A stretch of DNA of 64,000 bases from Parcubacteria group bacterium Gr01-1014_31 (GTDB lineage Bacteria; Patescibacteriota; Patescibacteriia; Buchananbacterales; GWA2-38-13), in the NCBI GenBank assembly GCA_007376135.1, contig VMFR01000004.1:21745-85744 (forward strand), given 5' to 3'. The notes beneath the pieces were generated by a model, which did no database searches, was not told the DNA's origin, and saw only the letters and a program-made list of their open reading frames with translations. Below, one piece after another: positions 30,001 through 41,800 of the stretch. Each line of letters opens with the position of its first letter. Position 1 is the stretch's first letter. The position numbers and the translations under genes were made by a program.

Positions 30001-31846
30001 CCAGCACGGGGCGCGTGAACCCATAGCCAAACCCGCGCAGAAGCGCGCCCTCTTCCGATTGGTCCTTGAGCAGTACCCCGAGGTCGCCCGCGGACCGCTT
30101 GCCGAATGCCCCGCCGATGCGCTTCATCAAATGTTCACGGAAACTGGTTTGTGAGTGTTCTTTATCTCCGTACTCATCGGGGTACCGCTGCGCCATGTAG
30201 CCCATGTAGTCGTCGGTTTGGTTGGCCTTGTTCAACGCAAGCGCGGCCGCGAACGCGCGTACCTGGTTCTTGTTCTTGATGGCCAGATCGAACTCGCTGG
30301 CCTTTTCCGTTTCCGTCAAGGAATGCAGCTCGGACATTTCCTTATTGACGAGCGAACGGAATGCCTTGTCCCCTTCCTTGGTTTTTTCGCCCTCCAGCCG
30401 AGGAATAGCTCCGACGGTCACCCCCGCGACCTTGAGCCGCTGCCAACGCAAGCGCGGCTTGGTCGTACTGTTGAAAAAGTCGGCCATGTCGCCAACCGAT
30501 TTACCGAACGATTGCTGCTCAGAGAGCTGCCGCGCGCGCGTCCAACCCTGCCGACGAAGGGTGGGGCTCAATATCCCGGCAATCGGCGAATACCACCGTT
30601 TGTCCTGAACGCGCCGACCGAGCCATCGGTCAGTCAGCCGGCCCGCGGCGAAAGTACCCTCGCGCGCCAGCCAGCCGGCGCCGCGCAACGGAGAGGTACC
30701 CGCGCGGATGCCGGCGCGGGCCATGCGCTGGCCGTACGACCGTAGACTTCCCATGACCGAGCCGGCAAACTGCGAACCGGCAACTCCGGCCTTCTGGGCG
30801 GCCACCAGCCCGCCCAGCATCAGGCAGGTCATCACCAAAAACTTCAACACGTTCTCTTTCTCTCCGGCCTTGCCGATGCCCACCCGCAATGACGGTTCCA
30901 GTTGGGCAACACCCCCTTCGCTCAAGGTGGTGGTCGGCGCACGCGTGGTATCCAGCGTTTCCGTGAAGGCCTGTTCCGATGTGGCGATGGCCAACCAGAA
31001 GAAGAACATCAAGATCGGCCCGACGGTTACATATTTGGAGAAAGTCTGCCACCACTCGCGGCTGTAGCGCTCCCCCTGCGGGAACGCCGACAGTACGTAC
31101 GCCAAGGGTGAAAGGATGATGAGGATCCACAACGCGACGATGCGCAGCGCGAACACCACGAGGTACGCCAAGATGACGGAAAACGCGATGATGAGCATGA
31201 TGGTCGCCAGCAGCAGCGACAGGAAGAGATAGAACAGCGCGATATTCTCCTCGCCCGAACCGGGGAGGAACGCATCCTGGCTGATGGCGAACAGCTCTGC
31301 CAGCCCAAACTTGGCGTAGAGGTTGCCGGCCGTCACCTGCACGATGGCGTTGGCGAACGTCAGGGTCACCACCTGGGCGGCATCAATGAGCAGGCCGGAG
31401 ATGACCTTGCTGAAGTTGACGAGGATCGCCATCAACAGCAATTTAGGTAGCAACCGTTTGAGGTTGTACGACTCCAGGCGCAGGATGGTCGCGACCGCAA
31501 TGAGCAGCAGCACGACCACGAAGAACATGTTGCCAATGTCGCGCACCAGCACCCACCCGAGGTTGACCGCTTCAAAATTGATGAAATCGTTGTAGACGAT
31601 GACCGACGTCAGCAGACCCGTGATCATCACGGTCAGCTGCCCGACGAGACCGGCGACCGCCTGCAGCACGTAGCTCAGGATGAGGTAGACGTACCCCGAC
31701 AGGTTGCGGATGAACGTCTGCGCCGACGCGGGCTGCGCGAACAGCAAACCCATGACCAGCAGCGCGGGCCACCAGCGGCGGCTCGTTGCGGTCAGCACTA
31801 TGGTCAATCGGCGTAAGCGCATGGTTGACAGTTCATTATGCGGCAA
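24077..31846 (-). CDS. Giant VirB6/TrbL-like polytopic membrane protein with a long C-terminal extension (HEXXH motif, coiled coils)
   Basis: Signal peptide and ~7 TM in the first ~360 aa (GWVLVRDIGNMFF, LVNFSK, RIVALWILIILSPLAY, WW..F); HEYGH at 28208-28222; Q/A/E-rich heptads. Start may be 31822. Confidence 0.8.
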   Translation of the reverse strand: MPHNELSTMRLRRLTIVLTATSRRWWPALLVMGLLFAQPASAQTFIRNLSGYVYLILSYVLQAVAGLVGQLTVMITGLLTSVIVYNDFINFEAVNLGWVLVRDIGNMFFVVVLLLIAVATILRLESYNLKRLLPKLLLMAILVNFSKVISGLLIDAAQVVTLTFANAIVQVTAGNLYAKFGLAELFAISQDAFLPGSGEENIALFYLFLSLLLATIMLIIAFSVILAYLVVFALRIVALWILIILSPLAYVLSAFPQGERYSREWWQTFSKYVTVGPILMFFFWLAIATSEQAFTETLDTTRAPTTTLSEGGVAQLEPSLRVGIGKAGEKENVLKFLVMTCLMLGGLVAAQKAGVAGSQFAGSVMGSLRSYGQRMARAGIRAGTSPLRGAGWLAREGTFAAGRLTDRWLGRRVQDKRWYSPIAGILSPTLRRQGWTRARQLSEQQSFGKSVGDMADFFNSTTKPRLRWQRLKVAGVTVGAIPRLEGEKTKEGDKAFRSLVNKEMSELHSLTETEKASEFDLAIKNKNQVRAFAAALALNKANQTDDYMGYMAQRYPDEYGDKEHSQTSFREHLMKRIGGAFGKRSAGDLGVLLKDQSEEGALLRGFGYGFTRPVLDSKGRPTGDVENVLVSEDSAREELAAEHKAAPTIHNNPNIRANVLRKLEEKFGEEFGTIIGRGKMENFVAKTEGKAFFKFHPTAQPFEDVLSGGKVVHSRMGRMDRLGKIASAKFDTVFFGRVVAQRGHGLQPRAAEFAGFRFDQKTGSMALDIRSVYDQLKAKGHHGVANLFGQKNISSQQAVAVERIMNLAGVKNYDGTPGIELDKYTEEQFTKSGKTYEPTSYAAARTGPLSPELETYVKSRTAAKWLEYLQHGIPGATDINGKPAALQDEEVPEEWRLHDGYAPKGGRPLMETYSPEVQAASQEAYQRLIAAGMSEPEANEAYGRLHQEEIRAGTLYAASAIVRHEQVEEKRSESLDAMRGVASIERRPAEGYAEGPLAEYGRRAVAGIGVNFESAEAGQRYGVVPGMTAVNYDESTAERKLNKDIVAKNLAEDYRKELVGRGVAFRQETAQRLGKQPHAVTNEELHDAYAAKYQTLKPADADKQYADRVVGQWAAAEFKEGNAAGRVEELRDASGAVSGYRYKDAAIAENQQGEALRQMSQDKDVSSLAAGEVSAQQREAEFKKRLDTASTLSLHNNAAFGSRFTARRHEYGHTLANQLNDEQRQAFRGTLSEEQQQLFDQETPEEYLAHSLGVNDNAHTLSEQTRKFLDELEVTDKAGNKAKGARYRGRTLKPDETLPPQEKSERAITDEEIVEIHRRRQQKPDVQIGKLLTGAAGQQGSRAQESTRAEAQVRQANTALTAEQQKLDQLEGQRGELLGETDAHIAKGQAARQRAEQAKARGDQLGFTVNDREAIKERDLARDSQAKVQPQLDALNKQVADQRGVVDQRQEALRQAEALRQRAAASAGPNSQAFIAALQKSLDQLPDAELDDIAEKVLAEVSPQWGSATEGAQAALEGERGELAALEADRSKLKSSTLVRQQAARYAEARDVNAAQEAYDRSAGQLGAANQRVNEQEQVVQTQEENVEHARIELQNAKVELPAAAAAVGQEGSALQAIQTQLTTLMGNRDVLTRERDQHLTNQNAASQRLNAARASGNALAEQQALEEATREQALAATAEEKIAAPLAQLNEQIDAQNAAKAAQETRVAAAVEHHGRARQDVGVKRQAYDAEYLRLQESRRTLVQHRADQQALGEAVQINQAAVQQAGIGLTPQEIAAARQQADQSAQQLAQLDQQISTKRRDVAGKEEALDNARQADQAFPELLTTLQERVRYTQERREAAKPENVAARAQQELSGSRGKLAELEQNHDELARRAQVHHRLRKRAADQGNQEEAGRQERLAQAAERDLRAAQQRIAKQQQEVQAKERAVQAQQPKPVPVSKGQQALTAVEEKFLAARQGNREEVVGAKQEIGAKEQALQASQLELGNRVKVRDQRQVELAELNAQARKAAEEGNYQAQEEAQTLARVKQQEVVAAADAVTEQQGVVAKDSQAFDGVQADYRRRVEESVQSLETFAAAVRDAAGTLSKDELAQQLSNAQSELEANNKEAEEKATQGDDAGARAAHDRAQRAQIIRDQLDYTVKRRRLGLAPKARGSGLKEAGQELSTAKTKRDFNYRELTEKRSGLVQQHQAAEKDLQKQQARQAKAAPGAERKRANDAVKTAQDRFNAVGSQIKGVDKEIGEWDDLVLKNAADVSDLVLAQEELAIARRRLGEAKTMGEQELPAMSKEYEHLDKRRLAVGAALQQQSAAAQRAQSTGNVAALRKAQQAIAEQSGEMEQIEQRMGEIQGFSAGLMDLVEQAENIATAAEENVGRAAEAAAEGIAPPSVRAVPPPKAKPAPSAAAAPSPTSRESSAGFAAAGETRSAAPAGSPTGQRTAAVQAVVEEVDTQTRAAKQLPSVDVKSLETTLKSMATGLQEVANGIQSLQAVQEGASESAGKDEKDAAKKFDTLSKNLREGMGRVQDFESAAAMGTGVTQEQADELADILFQINRSLQEMAQRNEGSAGASEIPSIPPESLPGEPPKSRPTI

Positions 31847-32837
31847 CGCGATACTCCTCCTCCGCTTCTTCCGAGGCCAACTGCTCGTCTTCCATCACCG
31901 TAGTGGCGTATTCGGATTCCAGCATGGCTCCCTGGGATGCGCGTTTTTTTCGCTGGTGCCGGGCATACGACCACACGTACAGGGCCGAAATCGTCCAGGT
32001 CGGGATAATGCCAACGATCGGTATCCACTCCACCAGCATCGTAAAAAGCTTGCTCGCCACCCACGCCATCCAGCCGATCTCATGCTGTTTAATGAAGAGC
32101 CTCGCCCCCAGCATCAGCGCAAGACACGCGAAATCGAACAGCTGGTCAATGCCCAGCCCGATACTGACGTCAAAGATATCCACCAGATCGTTGATGATGG
32201 AAACTGCCAGCACCAGCAGATACGGCCAATCGGAGTTCTGCGCCGCGCCGCTGATGAACCCGGCGACCGAGCGTCCTTGGGCCGCCACTTTTTGCTTATT
32301 ATCTTTCGATAAACGCCCGCCCATACCTCCCATGCGGCGCAACTCCCGCAGGCTCGCAGCTTGCTCACGGCGCAAGGCCACTTCCCGTTCCAGCGCTTGC
32401 TGGAGAGCGTCGCTCTCTTCTGTTGCCTGCGCCTGCTGCTGAGTCTCCACGCCTGCCTCCTTGTTCCCCCGCCGCTGCGCCATCGTGTCGGTGAACTGTT
32501 CCAGCTTCGGCGCCAGGGTCATCTCCCCGGGACGCGACGGCCGTTGGCCTGCATTCCTGAATGTTTCCGCTTCATGTTGCTGCCGGACCGCCACGAATGC
32601 ATCCCGCGCGCTGGCAAACCCATCCGGACCGCCCCGGGACGCCTTTCCGCGGTTTGCCCGCTGCCGGTCGCGCTGGCGCATCGCGGCAAGCTCTTGCGCA
32701 TATCGCTGCTCGGGTACCGCCGTTTCCATCTCCATCACCGGAACGTCCAGCTCCCCTTCGGCCTGGGCGGACGCGCCTTTCCCCGGCCGCGGTGGCGGCG
32801 GTGGTGCTGCGGGTCGGCGTGTCGTAAGGTCTGCCAT
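31836..32837 (-). CDS. Hypothetical membrane protein (C-terminal TMs)
   Basis: ATG 32837 (MADLTT); C-terminal ..VEWIPIVGIIPTWTI.. Confidence 0.65.
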   Translation of the reverse strand: MADLTTRRPAAPPPPPRPGKGASAQAEGELDVPVMEMETAVPEQRYAQELAAMRQRDRQRANRGKASRGGPDGFASARDAFVAVRQQHEAETFRNAGQRPSRPGEMTLAPKLEQFTDTMAQRRGNKEAGVETQQQAQATEESDALQQALEREVALRREQAASLRELRRMGGMGGRLSKDNKQKVAAQGRSVAGFISGAAQNSDWPYLLVLAVSIINDLVDIFDVSIGLGIDQLFDFACLALMLGARLFIKQHEIGWMAWVASKLFTMLVEWIPIVGIIPTWTISALYVWSYARHQRKKRASQGAMLESEYATTVMEDEQLASEEAEEEYRVAA

Positions 32838-32842
32838 ATGCT

Positions 32843-35800
32843 CTACCGTCCGCACAATTCCGGCCGAGCCGAGTCGCAGACACGCACCAGAGCCGACCGG
32901 GCCTCCACCCACGCGCCGTTATTATCATCGGCGATCGCCGGTGTCCCATCATCGGGGCAAGTATTACAGGCGAGGTTGGTCGTATTCACGTCCGCAAAAA
33001 TGGCGTTGGAACACCAGCACCAGTTGTCGCGCACCAACACGCCGACCTGGAAATCGCAGTAGCCGTCCGGAGTACCACTCCCGCCAGGAAGCACCCCCTT
33101 GTCACAGGTGGTCTGCACGTACTTATAGGTATGGGTGAACTGGAACGGGTCGGCCGGGTCGGACTTATCGCGCAACCCCGAACGCCAGTCGTTGTCGGTT
33201 ACCATCGTATCGCGGTTCTCCATATCCCAGCGCACGCGCAGCAACCGCAGCGGAAGCTGGTCGTTGTCCACCTTGACGTTGAAACTCAAGGTCACGTTCC
33301 CTTGGCCGACGATGTAGAAGATCGGGGCTTCGGCGTTCTCGATCTTGACGTTGAATACTTCGGGCGACACGCCGCACCAGTCCCCGCTGCCGTCCGGGTC
33401 GGTGAGCGGCGTTTCCGTGAACCGCGAGGGGCGGATATTGTCACGGCAACGGTCAGCCGGCGGCCGCCAGGCGGTCGTTTCCTGGCAGCTGCCCGATACC
33501 TGGCATTCGACGTCGGTGATGCAGGTGCCCGGGTTTTTAGCCGACCCCGCGGAACACTGCCCGACGCAGCTGGCCTGGTGGGCGGCCGGGTTCCAACAGT
33601 CACCAATATTCTGGCAGGCTCCCAGCACATTCACGCCGGCTGAACAGTAGCCATAGGTGCCATTGGCCGGTGCCTGGCCATCCGGGTCCTCGCCGACGCA
33701 GGTGCCAACGCCGCTGCCGTCGGACTTGGTATTGCACATTTCATCATTGAAGCAAGCCACGCCGCGCAAGGGGTAGGTGGGGCTGGCGTCATCGCACCGT
33801 CCGTAGATGAAGCCGGTGATATCGCACGTTTCGCTTCCGCCACCCGGGCAGTCGGCGGTGGTGCGGCACGGCACTTCCGAATCGTTCAGGTCATTGCCGT
33901 CGCCAAATGACCCGCAGCGGCCGGTCGCACAGAAGATCTTGGGATTCCCGGCGCACGCGGTATCCGAGGTGCAGGTGATGTTGAGCGCCGTTTCCGCGTT
34001 CTCGGGCTCGCCGGTCGGGTAGTAGGCGCAGTACCCGCCGCTCTTCACGCACACCGACGTAGAATCCACACAATCGTTGGACCCCGGGGCGCAACTGTCG
34101 CCCGACCTCGGGCCGCCCGCGCAGTAGTTGGTCGGCACGGTGTAGGTCTCATAGGCACTGCCGTTCCAGCGCCAGTCGCCGTAGCTGGTCGCAAACAGGC
34201 GCTTGAGGCGTTCGCGCGCGGTATGGAACGACGCCACCTCCACCGAGTCGTTCGGCAAACGGCCCGCCGCGGCCGACCACCGATCGTAGAAATGATCAAA
34301 GTAGACTTGCCCCGCCTGGTCGCCCGGGTATTCGTACGGATGGCCGAAATCCGCGGCCTGCACGCGGTCGGAAACCAGCGGCCACTTGGTCGGGTCGCCG
34401 ACGAAATTGCGTCCGATGACGCCGAACGGCGCAGCCAGGTCGGAAACCTTGTAGTTGAGGGTAGGCACCTGGTAATCGGCGGACAAAAAGTCCTGCACGG
34501 TTTCCAGGCGCTCCTGCCAGCCGCGCTGCGCGCCGTCTTCATCCACCACCTGCACCACCTCGTGGCAGGCACGCTGCCAGTAGGTGGGCACCCGCCGCTG
34601 TTCTTCACTGTTGAAGCCGAAAATGGTCGTCGGGTCTTCGGGGTCCCACAACACCAGCCCGGTGGCGCCGCATTTCGGGCAGAACATCAGGTGTTTCTTG
34701 GTCGGCCGATCGCTGGCATCCTCGCGCGCCTTGTAGTCGTACCATTGGTTACTCTCGGTATCCGTCAGGTAAAGGTCGGATTGGTCGGGCGTGCAGTACC
34801 AGCGGCAGCGAATACCGGGCTCGAAGAAATTCCCGCATTTTGAACGCCGCTGTTCCGGGAGGTAGCCGGGCGGGCAGGAAACCGTACCGCAGGTCATGGA
34901 ATTACGTTCGGCGTGGTTGGCCGCGGTCTCGGCGATCGCGCCGATCGGATTGAACATCCCCCACCAGCCGAAGTCCGTCTGGTAGCAATGATTTAATTCG
35001 AACCGCCCCGGCCGCCGGGTTTCCAAAATGACCGACTCATTGCACATGAAGGTCGACGCCCGCAAGTTGCCGCGCCAGCCGGTGATGCCGACCCAGCCGC
35101 CGGTCAATTCGTCCACGGGCAGCCAGTTGAGGCACAGGTACGGGCTGCGCGGGTCTTTCTCCACGCAGAACCCGTAGAGGCCGAGGAATTCGCTCCGGCC
35201 CTGCACGTAGTGGCATTCGCTCGCCTCCGCCAGCGACGTTTGCGACAGCAAACTGCCCGTCAACGGGTCGGTCAGCGGGTCATTGATATCGACGATCTGG
35301 GATTTGGCGGGCTCGTCGCCGGTATCCACCGGAGCCTGCGCGGTCCAGCGCGGAGCGCTGCCCGACGGATAGACGCGGCAGGATTCAAAGATAAGGTCCT
35401 CGGTAGGGTTGGTGCCGACCTGCAGCACCGGCTGGCAGACGCCGTCACGCTCGTCGCCGGTATGGCAATCCGCGTCCTCCAGGCATGCCGCGCCGCGGTT
35501 GCCGGCCACGCAGACCTTGCGCTGGGTCATCACGCCGTAGGGGAAATACCCGTCCACCTTGGTATCCGCGTCCCACTGGAAACCGACCTTGGCGTAACCG
35601 CTGAAGAATTGGCTCAGTTGCACGCTGCCGGCATCAAAGGTGAGCGCCTGCAATTCCTCGGTCGGGTAGCTGGAACAGCGGCCCGAGATCGAGTCCAAAC
35701 GGTCGCAGGTGGCGATCTGCTGGCAGAACTCCTGGACCTGGCCGGTGCGGAAGCTAACCTGCTTGCGGCTGGAGATACAGTCGAGCCAGCGCGCGCAGGT

Positions 35801-38800
35801 CCGGTCCGGCGCGACTTTCACCAGCAGATTGCTATCGCAGGTACCGGGCCGGCAGATGCCGCCCGCACCGCAGTCGCCGTCCGAGGTGCAGCCCGCCCCC
35901 GGACGCGTCCCGCCGACGCACTGCTGGGGCTGGCAGACCGATGGCGGCTGGCCGGCAACGGTCGCCGTAGTGCTGTATTTGAGTGTCGGGTCGCTGGTGT
36001 CATTCACCAGAACGCATCCCTGCGCCGGGTCATACACCCCGTTGCAGGAACTGCGCTCGATGCTGTCAGCCAGGTAATGGTAGACTCCCGTCGGCTTGAG
36101 GTCGACGTCATCGTAGGTGCCGGCGTTCACGATCTTCACGGTCACTGCCCGATCGCTTTCCAGGACGAAGAATCGGCCGGTGAAGCGCCGGAATGTTGAT
36201 TCCGTTACGCCACCGACCGGCAGCACGACCGTGTCGCCGCGGGTCGCCAGCACCCCGTTCGAGAAGATCGCCACCGAATGGTCGAATTGGGTGAAGATCG
36301 GACGTTTGCTGCCATCGACGGTGGTCACGACGATGGACGCATCGCGCGCCGAATTCTTCACGGACGCGGTGACCGTATAGAGCGTGCCGCCGTTCAACCC
36401 GAGACTCTGCCGGACCTCGGTACCCGCCGGGGTCGGGGCCGTCACCCGCACGGCGGAACTGCGGTTGACTCCCTCGCCGCGCTGGTGGTCGGCCGGAGAC
36501 CCCGCCAAATTCCACGAATTCAGTTTACTCGCGCTGCAGACGGAAAGTTCGCACGCCTCGCCGCCGCAATCGACAGGCCCGCTGCAAAGTGTGCCGTCGG
36601 CACAGAACCGCAACCCGCCGCTGGCCGCCGAGCAATCAGTGTCCAGACGGCAGACCGTTTGCGCGTCATGACTGCAAACCCGGAAGAACCCCTCAAAATT
36701 ACTGTTGGGGAGCATCCCGGCCTGCGGGTCAGACATCGGATCGACGTAGGCGGTGCAACTGGCGTACTCGGCTGGACACTGGCCCACCCACGTGCGGCAG
36801 TCGCCGCCCGATGTTTCGCAGACCCCCGTGCCACAATCGATATTGCTGTCGCACCGCGCACCCTCGAAGGTTCCGCCGCCGCGGCACACTTTAAAACTGC
36901 AATCCGCATCGCTGGTACACACCTGGCCCTCGAGGTCGCCGCCCTGGCAGGTTTTCCCCGGCTGTGTTTGGCCGAATCGCGTGGTAATGGCCGGACAGTC
37001 GGGCACCGACGAGGTGCTGCCGGTGATGAACCAACCGAAATCCTGACGATGCGGGATCTGCTTGTACTCGCAAGTGCGCGCACCCGGATCGCGGAAATAG
37101 ACCGTGCCGACCTGCGGCGAGACATACTCACGGCAACCGACCTGGTCTTCGGTGCACAAGCTGACCCCGTACCGTTCCGGATCGTTGACGAGGTAGCGCG
37201 TTTGGTACCCGCTGATTTGGCCACGCGCGTCCTGGACGGGCAGCCCGAACGCCTGGCAGCCCTCCGCCGCGGCGGCACACTCCTTGCTCAGGTCGCGCAC
37301 ATAGTACGCCAGGGTGTCGGCCGGCACCGTCACTTCTGCCTGCGCATGGCCGACATTGAACGGTTCGGCGAGCGCGCTGGTCGAATTCTTCGTGTCCACA
37401 AATTCCTCGCAGCCCACGGAGCTGTCGCGGCACAGCCGTTCGAACGACTTCAGGTAGGTTACCTGCCCTTTGCTGGTCGTGTATTCCTGGCAGCCGAGCG
37501 CGAACTGCGGAGAATTCGGCGCCGGGAAGCGAACCGGGTCCAGCGTCGGATCGGTGTCGCAGATGAGCGGCGTGCGCCAGGAATTCTTGACGAGGTAGCT
37601 GTACTCCTGCACTTCCGTCAGGGATACGAAGTCCACGGCCACCGGCGTCCCGCCAGCGGTCGTGAGCCGTAGGGTGGCGACCGGGTTGACGCTGGTCACC
37701 AAAATCGGCTCGGTAGTATACTCCTCCCAGTCCGTCAGTACCCGCAGGTTGTTCTTCAGTTCGCAGGAAGTGCCGTCCTGGCCGCAGTCCACCCCCAACA
37801 TGTTCACATTCACCGTGACAATACCGGTCTGCGCCTTGGCCCAGAACGTCAATTGGTAATTCCGTCCGGGAACTAAACGCTCCCGCAGGAACCCGCACCC
37901 GAGCTCCAAATTTTTCGCCCGGCATTCCTGGCCGGTGTTGAAAAGCCGACAGGTATCGGGCTCGGTGGAGGCATCAAAACAGTCAGCGGTCGATCCTGCG
38001 ACACAAGCAGGCAAAGCATTGCTGCAGACAGTGGCCTGCCGCATGGTCTCCATGGTTGTACCGGCGATCGAATGGCCGCCGATGGTCACCGCATCGCTAG
38101 AAATGGAGCCGACCATCCATCCCAACGTGTCGCCATCCTCAAAATCGTCATACCACACCGTGCGCAAATTACCGCCGGCATTGCCGCGGTACTCGCGGCA
38201 GCCGCTCTGTGCGGCCGGGCAGGCGATACTTTCATTGGGTACTGCCTGATAGATACACTCATTGCGCGGCTCGAACTCCTGGCCCCCAATGCCGACGCAG
38301 TCGTCCTGGTGCATGAAGCAGTCACTGCCGCCTACCAGCTGCATGCCGCCCTGTGCCAGGCAGTTGGCAAGCGGCGCATCGATGTCGCCGTCGGTGTCGG
38401 TGTCATCGCCGCACACGCCCCAGTACCCGCCACTGCCTTCGCAGGCCCCTTGCGACGAATCGATGAGGCGGAACGGATGGCATTCGTCTGAGCAGCTCAC
38501 CGTCTCGCGCAGTAACCGATAGTACACATTGCCATTCGTTGCATGGAATTCACGGCAGTTGGGGTTGATGACAGCGTCAAGAGCCGTCGCACACTGCCCC
38601 AGGTCAAGGAACGCATCTACCCAGTCCGGCTCGTCCGTATCGCCAACCGTCCCGCCGCTGACCGCCGGAACGCGGTCGGCAACGTCCCGCCGCAGTGTGT
38701 AGCTCTTCAGCTGATAGCCGTTCACTTCCGAGCCGACCCACGTGTAGTAGGTGCGGCAGACATTGGCGTCGGGCTTGGTGCACTGGCGCAGATACGTATA

Positions 38801-41800
38801 GCTGCCCCGCCCCTCGCCGCCGCGTGCCACCTCGTCAAGATTGGTGAACTGCTCACAGCCGGCAAAACGAGCCTCGCACGAACGGGCCGTGTCCGCGATG
38901 AAATACAGGAAGTCGGGCTGCCGCGCGGATGGGACCGCATCGGCAAAGAACGTCTCCGTCTGCGAAAACGCGCTGTAGTCCACGCACGCGGCCGGGCACA
39001 TATCGCCCGCCGTCGTGATACCCGGCAACGGCGGTTCGCCGTTGGTCGGCGTGTAGCGTTCGCACCCGACCTCGTCGGCGCGGCAGACCTGGCTGTAACG
39101 GCTGCACGCCGAGTGGTCGGTCTGCGGGTCGCCGGTACACCCAAGGTACGCGGGCGACGTTTTCAGATGCACCACGGGGTTGCTGATGAAGTCCCGGTAC
39201 GCCAACGCCGCGGGCTCCGCGCGCGGAGCGACCTCGACGATGTGCACTCCGTCCACGGCAATGTCGCTGGCCGCGGTCGAACCAAAGCGGAGACGGAATT
39301 CACGATGGCCGCTCGGTGCCGCCATCGGCTCGAAGAGGAAACGCTGCCATTCCGCGGTCAGCGGCAGCGGGCTGTGGCAGCTGCCTGCCCCCGCCGTAGT
39401 GCAATCCGCCTCGCGCCGGCAGGCCGGATTGGCGCCACCGTCGCACACCCCCAACCCGTCCGCGATCAATTCCAGACTGCGCGCCGTACCGCCGCTATCC
39501 ACGCTGTCCAGCCACGCCCGCCAGGTGACATTCGCGGTATTGGCCTTGGCGAAAAATGATACCTGGTAGGTCGCGCCGGATTTCAGGAGCGGCAAGGCGG
39601 CGGTGCGAAAATCTTCCGACGTGGCGTCACTGTCGGTGTAGTGCAGGTACGTACTGCCGAATGCCGCGCCTTCCGTTTCGCGCGCCACGATGTCGCCGGC
39701 GGTGTCCCCGCCATGCCGTTCCCAATTTGGCGGGAAACGGCTCGACGGGTCTGGCCACTGCTCAAAACTAGAATTGTAGATGAAATTAACCAAGCCCTGG
39801 GTGGCCGGGATGAGCGCGCGGCAGCCGCTTTCCTCCTGGCTGCAGGCGGCAATATCGCGGTCGAAGTAGAGCTTGCTGCCGTCGGCATCCTGGGTGCCTT
39901 CAAGGTAGACGGTCACATCCTGCAACGGACAAGCGCGCTCCAGCCGGACCTCATCGAACCAGACGGTTCCCACCGGATTAATGCCCGCGACGGCCTCCAC
40001 CACCATCCGCACGCGCCCGCCCGCCAGCGGATCGGAAGTGGTGCAGCTGACGGTTGCCCACTGCCCCTTGGCATAATCCGCGTCGATGGTACTGCAACCC
40101 CCGCTCGAGGACGGCACCACCTCAACGTAGGCACGGCCGAACTGTAGCGTGCTATAAATGCGCGCCGTCAAGGTGTAGGGCGGGTTCGCGGTCGGTGGCA
40201 CGGAAAGCGGATCGGATTGCGCGACCATCTGCGCAACGGTGCCGTCGGGATCGATCCGCACGGCGTAGTTGCCGACCGCCACTTGGTTGTTGACGCCGGC
40301 GATCCGTTGCCAACGGCTGCCGCCGCCGACCACGTCGTTGGTCGACCAACTGGCCGCGAAGATGACGCGGCCCGCCTGCACGCTCAAGTCGGCGCTCTCG
40401 GTCTCAAATCCGCTGTTGTCGGCAAAACTTTCCGCGGCCCCGCAGCGCGGTACCGTGCAAGCGACCGCCCCGTAGGGGATCTGACAACTGATACCCGTTG
40501 CTACGTCAGTCGCCAGGCAACTCGCCCCCTGGCAGGTTTCTCCGCGCGGGCATTCGGCGTCCTGGGCGCAGGAGCGGCCGCTCACGCTGCAGCGCCCCAG
40601 CTGCTGGCACGGTTTACGCACGCGCTCGGCTTCGCCGACGCACGACCACACCCCCGAACCCACATTGAAATCACGGCAGTACCACTGGCACCCGACGGCA
40701 TTGGCATCGCAGCCGCCGGCATCCAACGTGTCGCCGAGGTAGCTGACCGCGCGGTTGGCGTCATCCTCGTAGCTCCGGCAGCTGTCGTACTGCGGCGGAC
40801 ACTGGGTCCCGGCGAATTTCCAGACCGGGGTCTCCTGAGTGCACAGACCGTAGGCGCGACAGGTGCCGTTCGCATCCTCCACGATGCAGGATCGCGTATC
40901 GGTGCAGGTATTTTCGCGGGACACGGTCCGGCGTTCGAACTGGTAGCTGGGCAGCTGCCCCGTCAACGGGTCGGCGGGCTTGTTGCGCTGCACGATCGTC
41001 TCTTCGCGCGAGTAGACGCTGGTAAATTTATCCCCGGGCCCGGTCAGCCGGCAGTAGGTCTCGGGGGCCTTGAGCACCCAGCCGTCATCCACCAGCCCGT
41101 AGAACGGCGAATCGGGGTTACCGAAAGCGCGGATGATATCGTTGAGCGAGTAGGCCTGCCGCTGCTCCAGTTGGCCGATATACGCGGCCGCCAACTCCCA
41201 ACCGACGGGCAGGATGCGGTACTTGCGCAGAATGACGAATGACGAGTGCGCGTACCCATCATTGGCGGTCGGCTGCGTGCCCGCGCGCGTGTAGCCGAAG
41301 GTCGAACCCGGACCATCGGCGAACAACAATCCTTCCTGGATCGCCTGGCGCACCGTCAGTTTGCGGTCAATGGCCGTCTTGAATGATTGGTTGATAACGC
41401 CGTCGCCGACCAGGAGCGAGGTCACGTCCATTCGATTGAGGCGAGGGTCGCCAATGGCGAGGTTGGTGGAAAAGAACGCCTCAAAATCCTGGCGCGCGTC
41501 GGTCCGCAGTGCATTGGGGTCGGCGGTCGGCGAACGCAGACCCTCCAATTTGCTCCAGTTGAACTTATCCGGCTTGCTGCTGCCGCCGCCAAATCCCTTA
41601 GTGTACAGCCGCTGCAGCATCTTGGATACCAGCGTGGAGGTGAACGCGTCCACCGCATCAGCCACGGCCTCGCCGGTATACGTGAAGTAGACGTCACCCA
41701 GCGTACCGGGGGAAAGCGCATCGGCAGACCACTCCTTAACCAGCGACCCAGGCGTCAAAATATTTCCGGCGATGTCCACCACGGGCTTCAGCCCCTGGCT

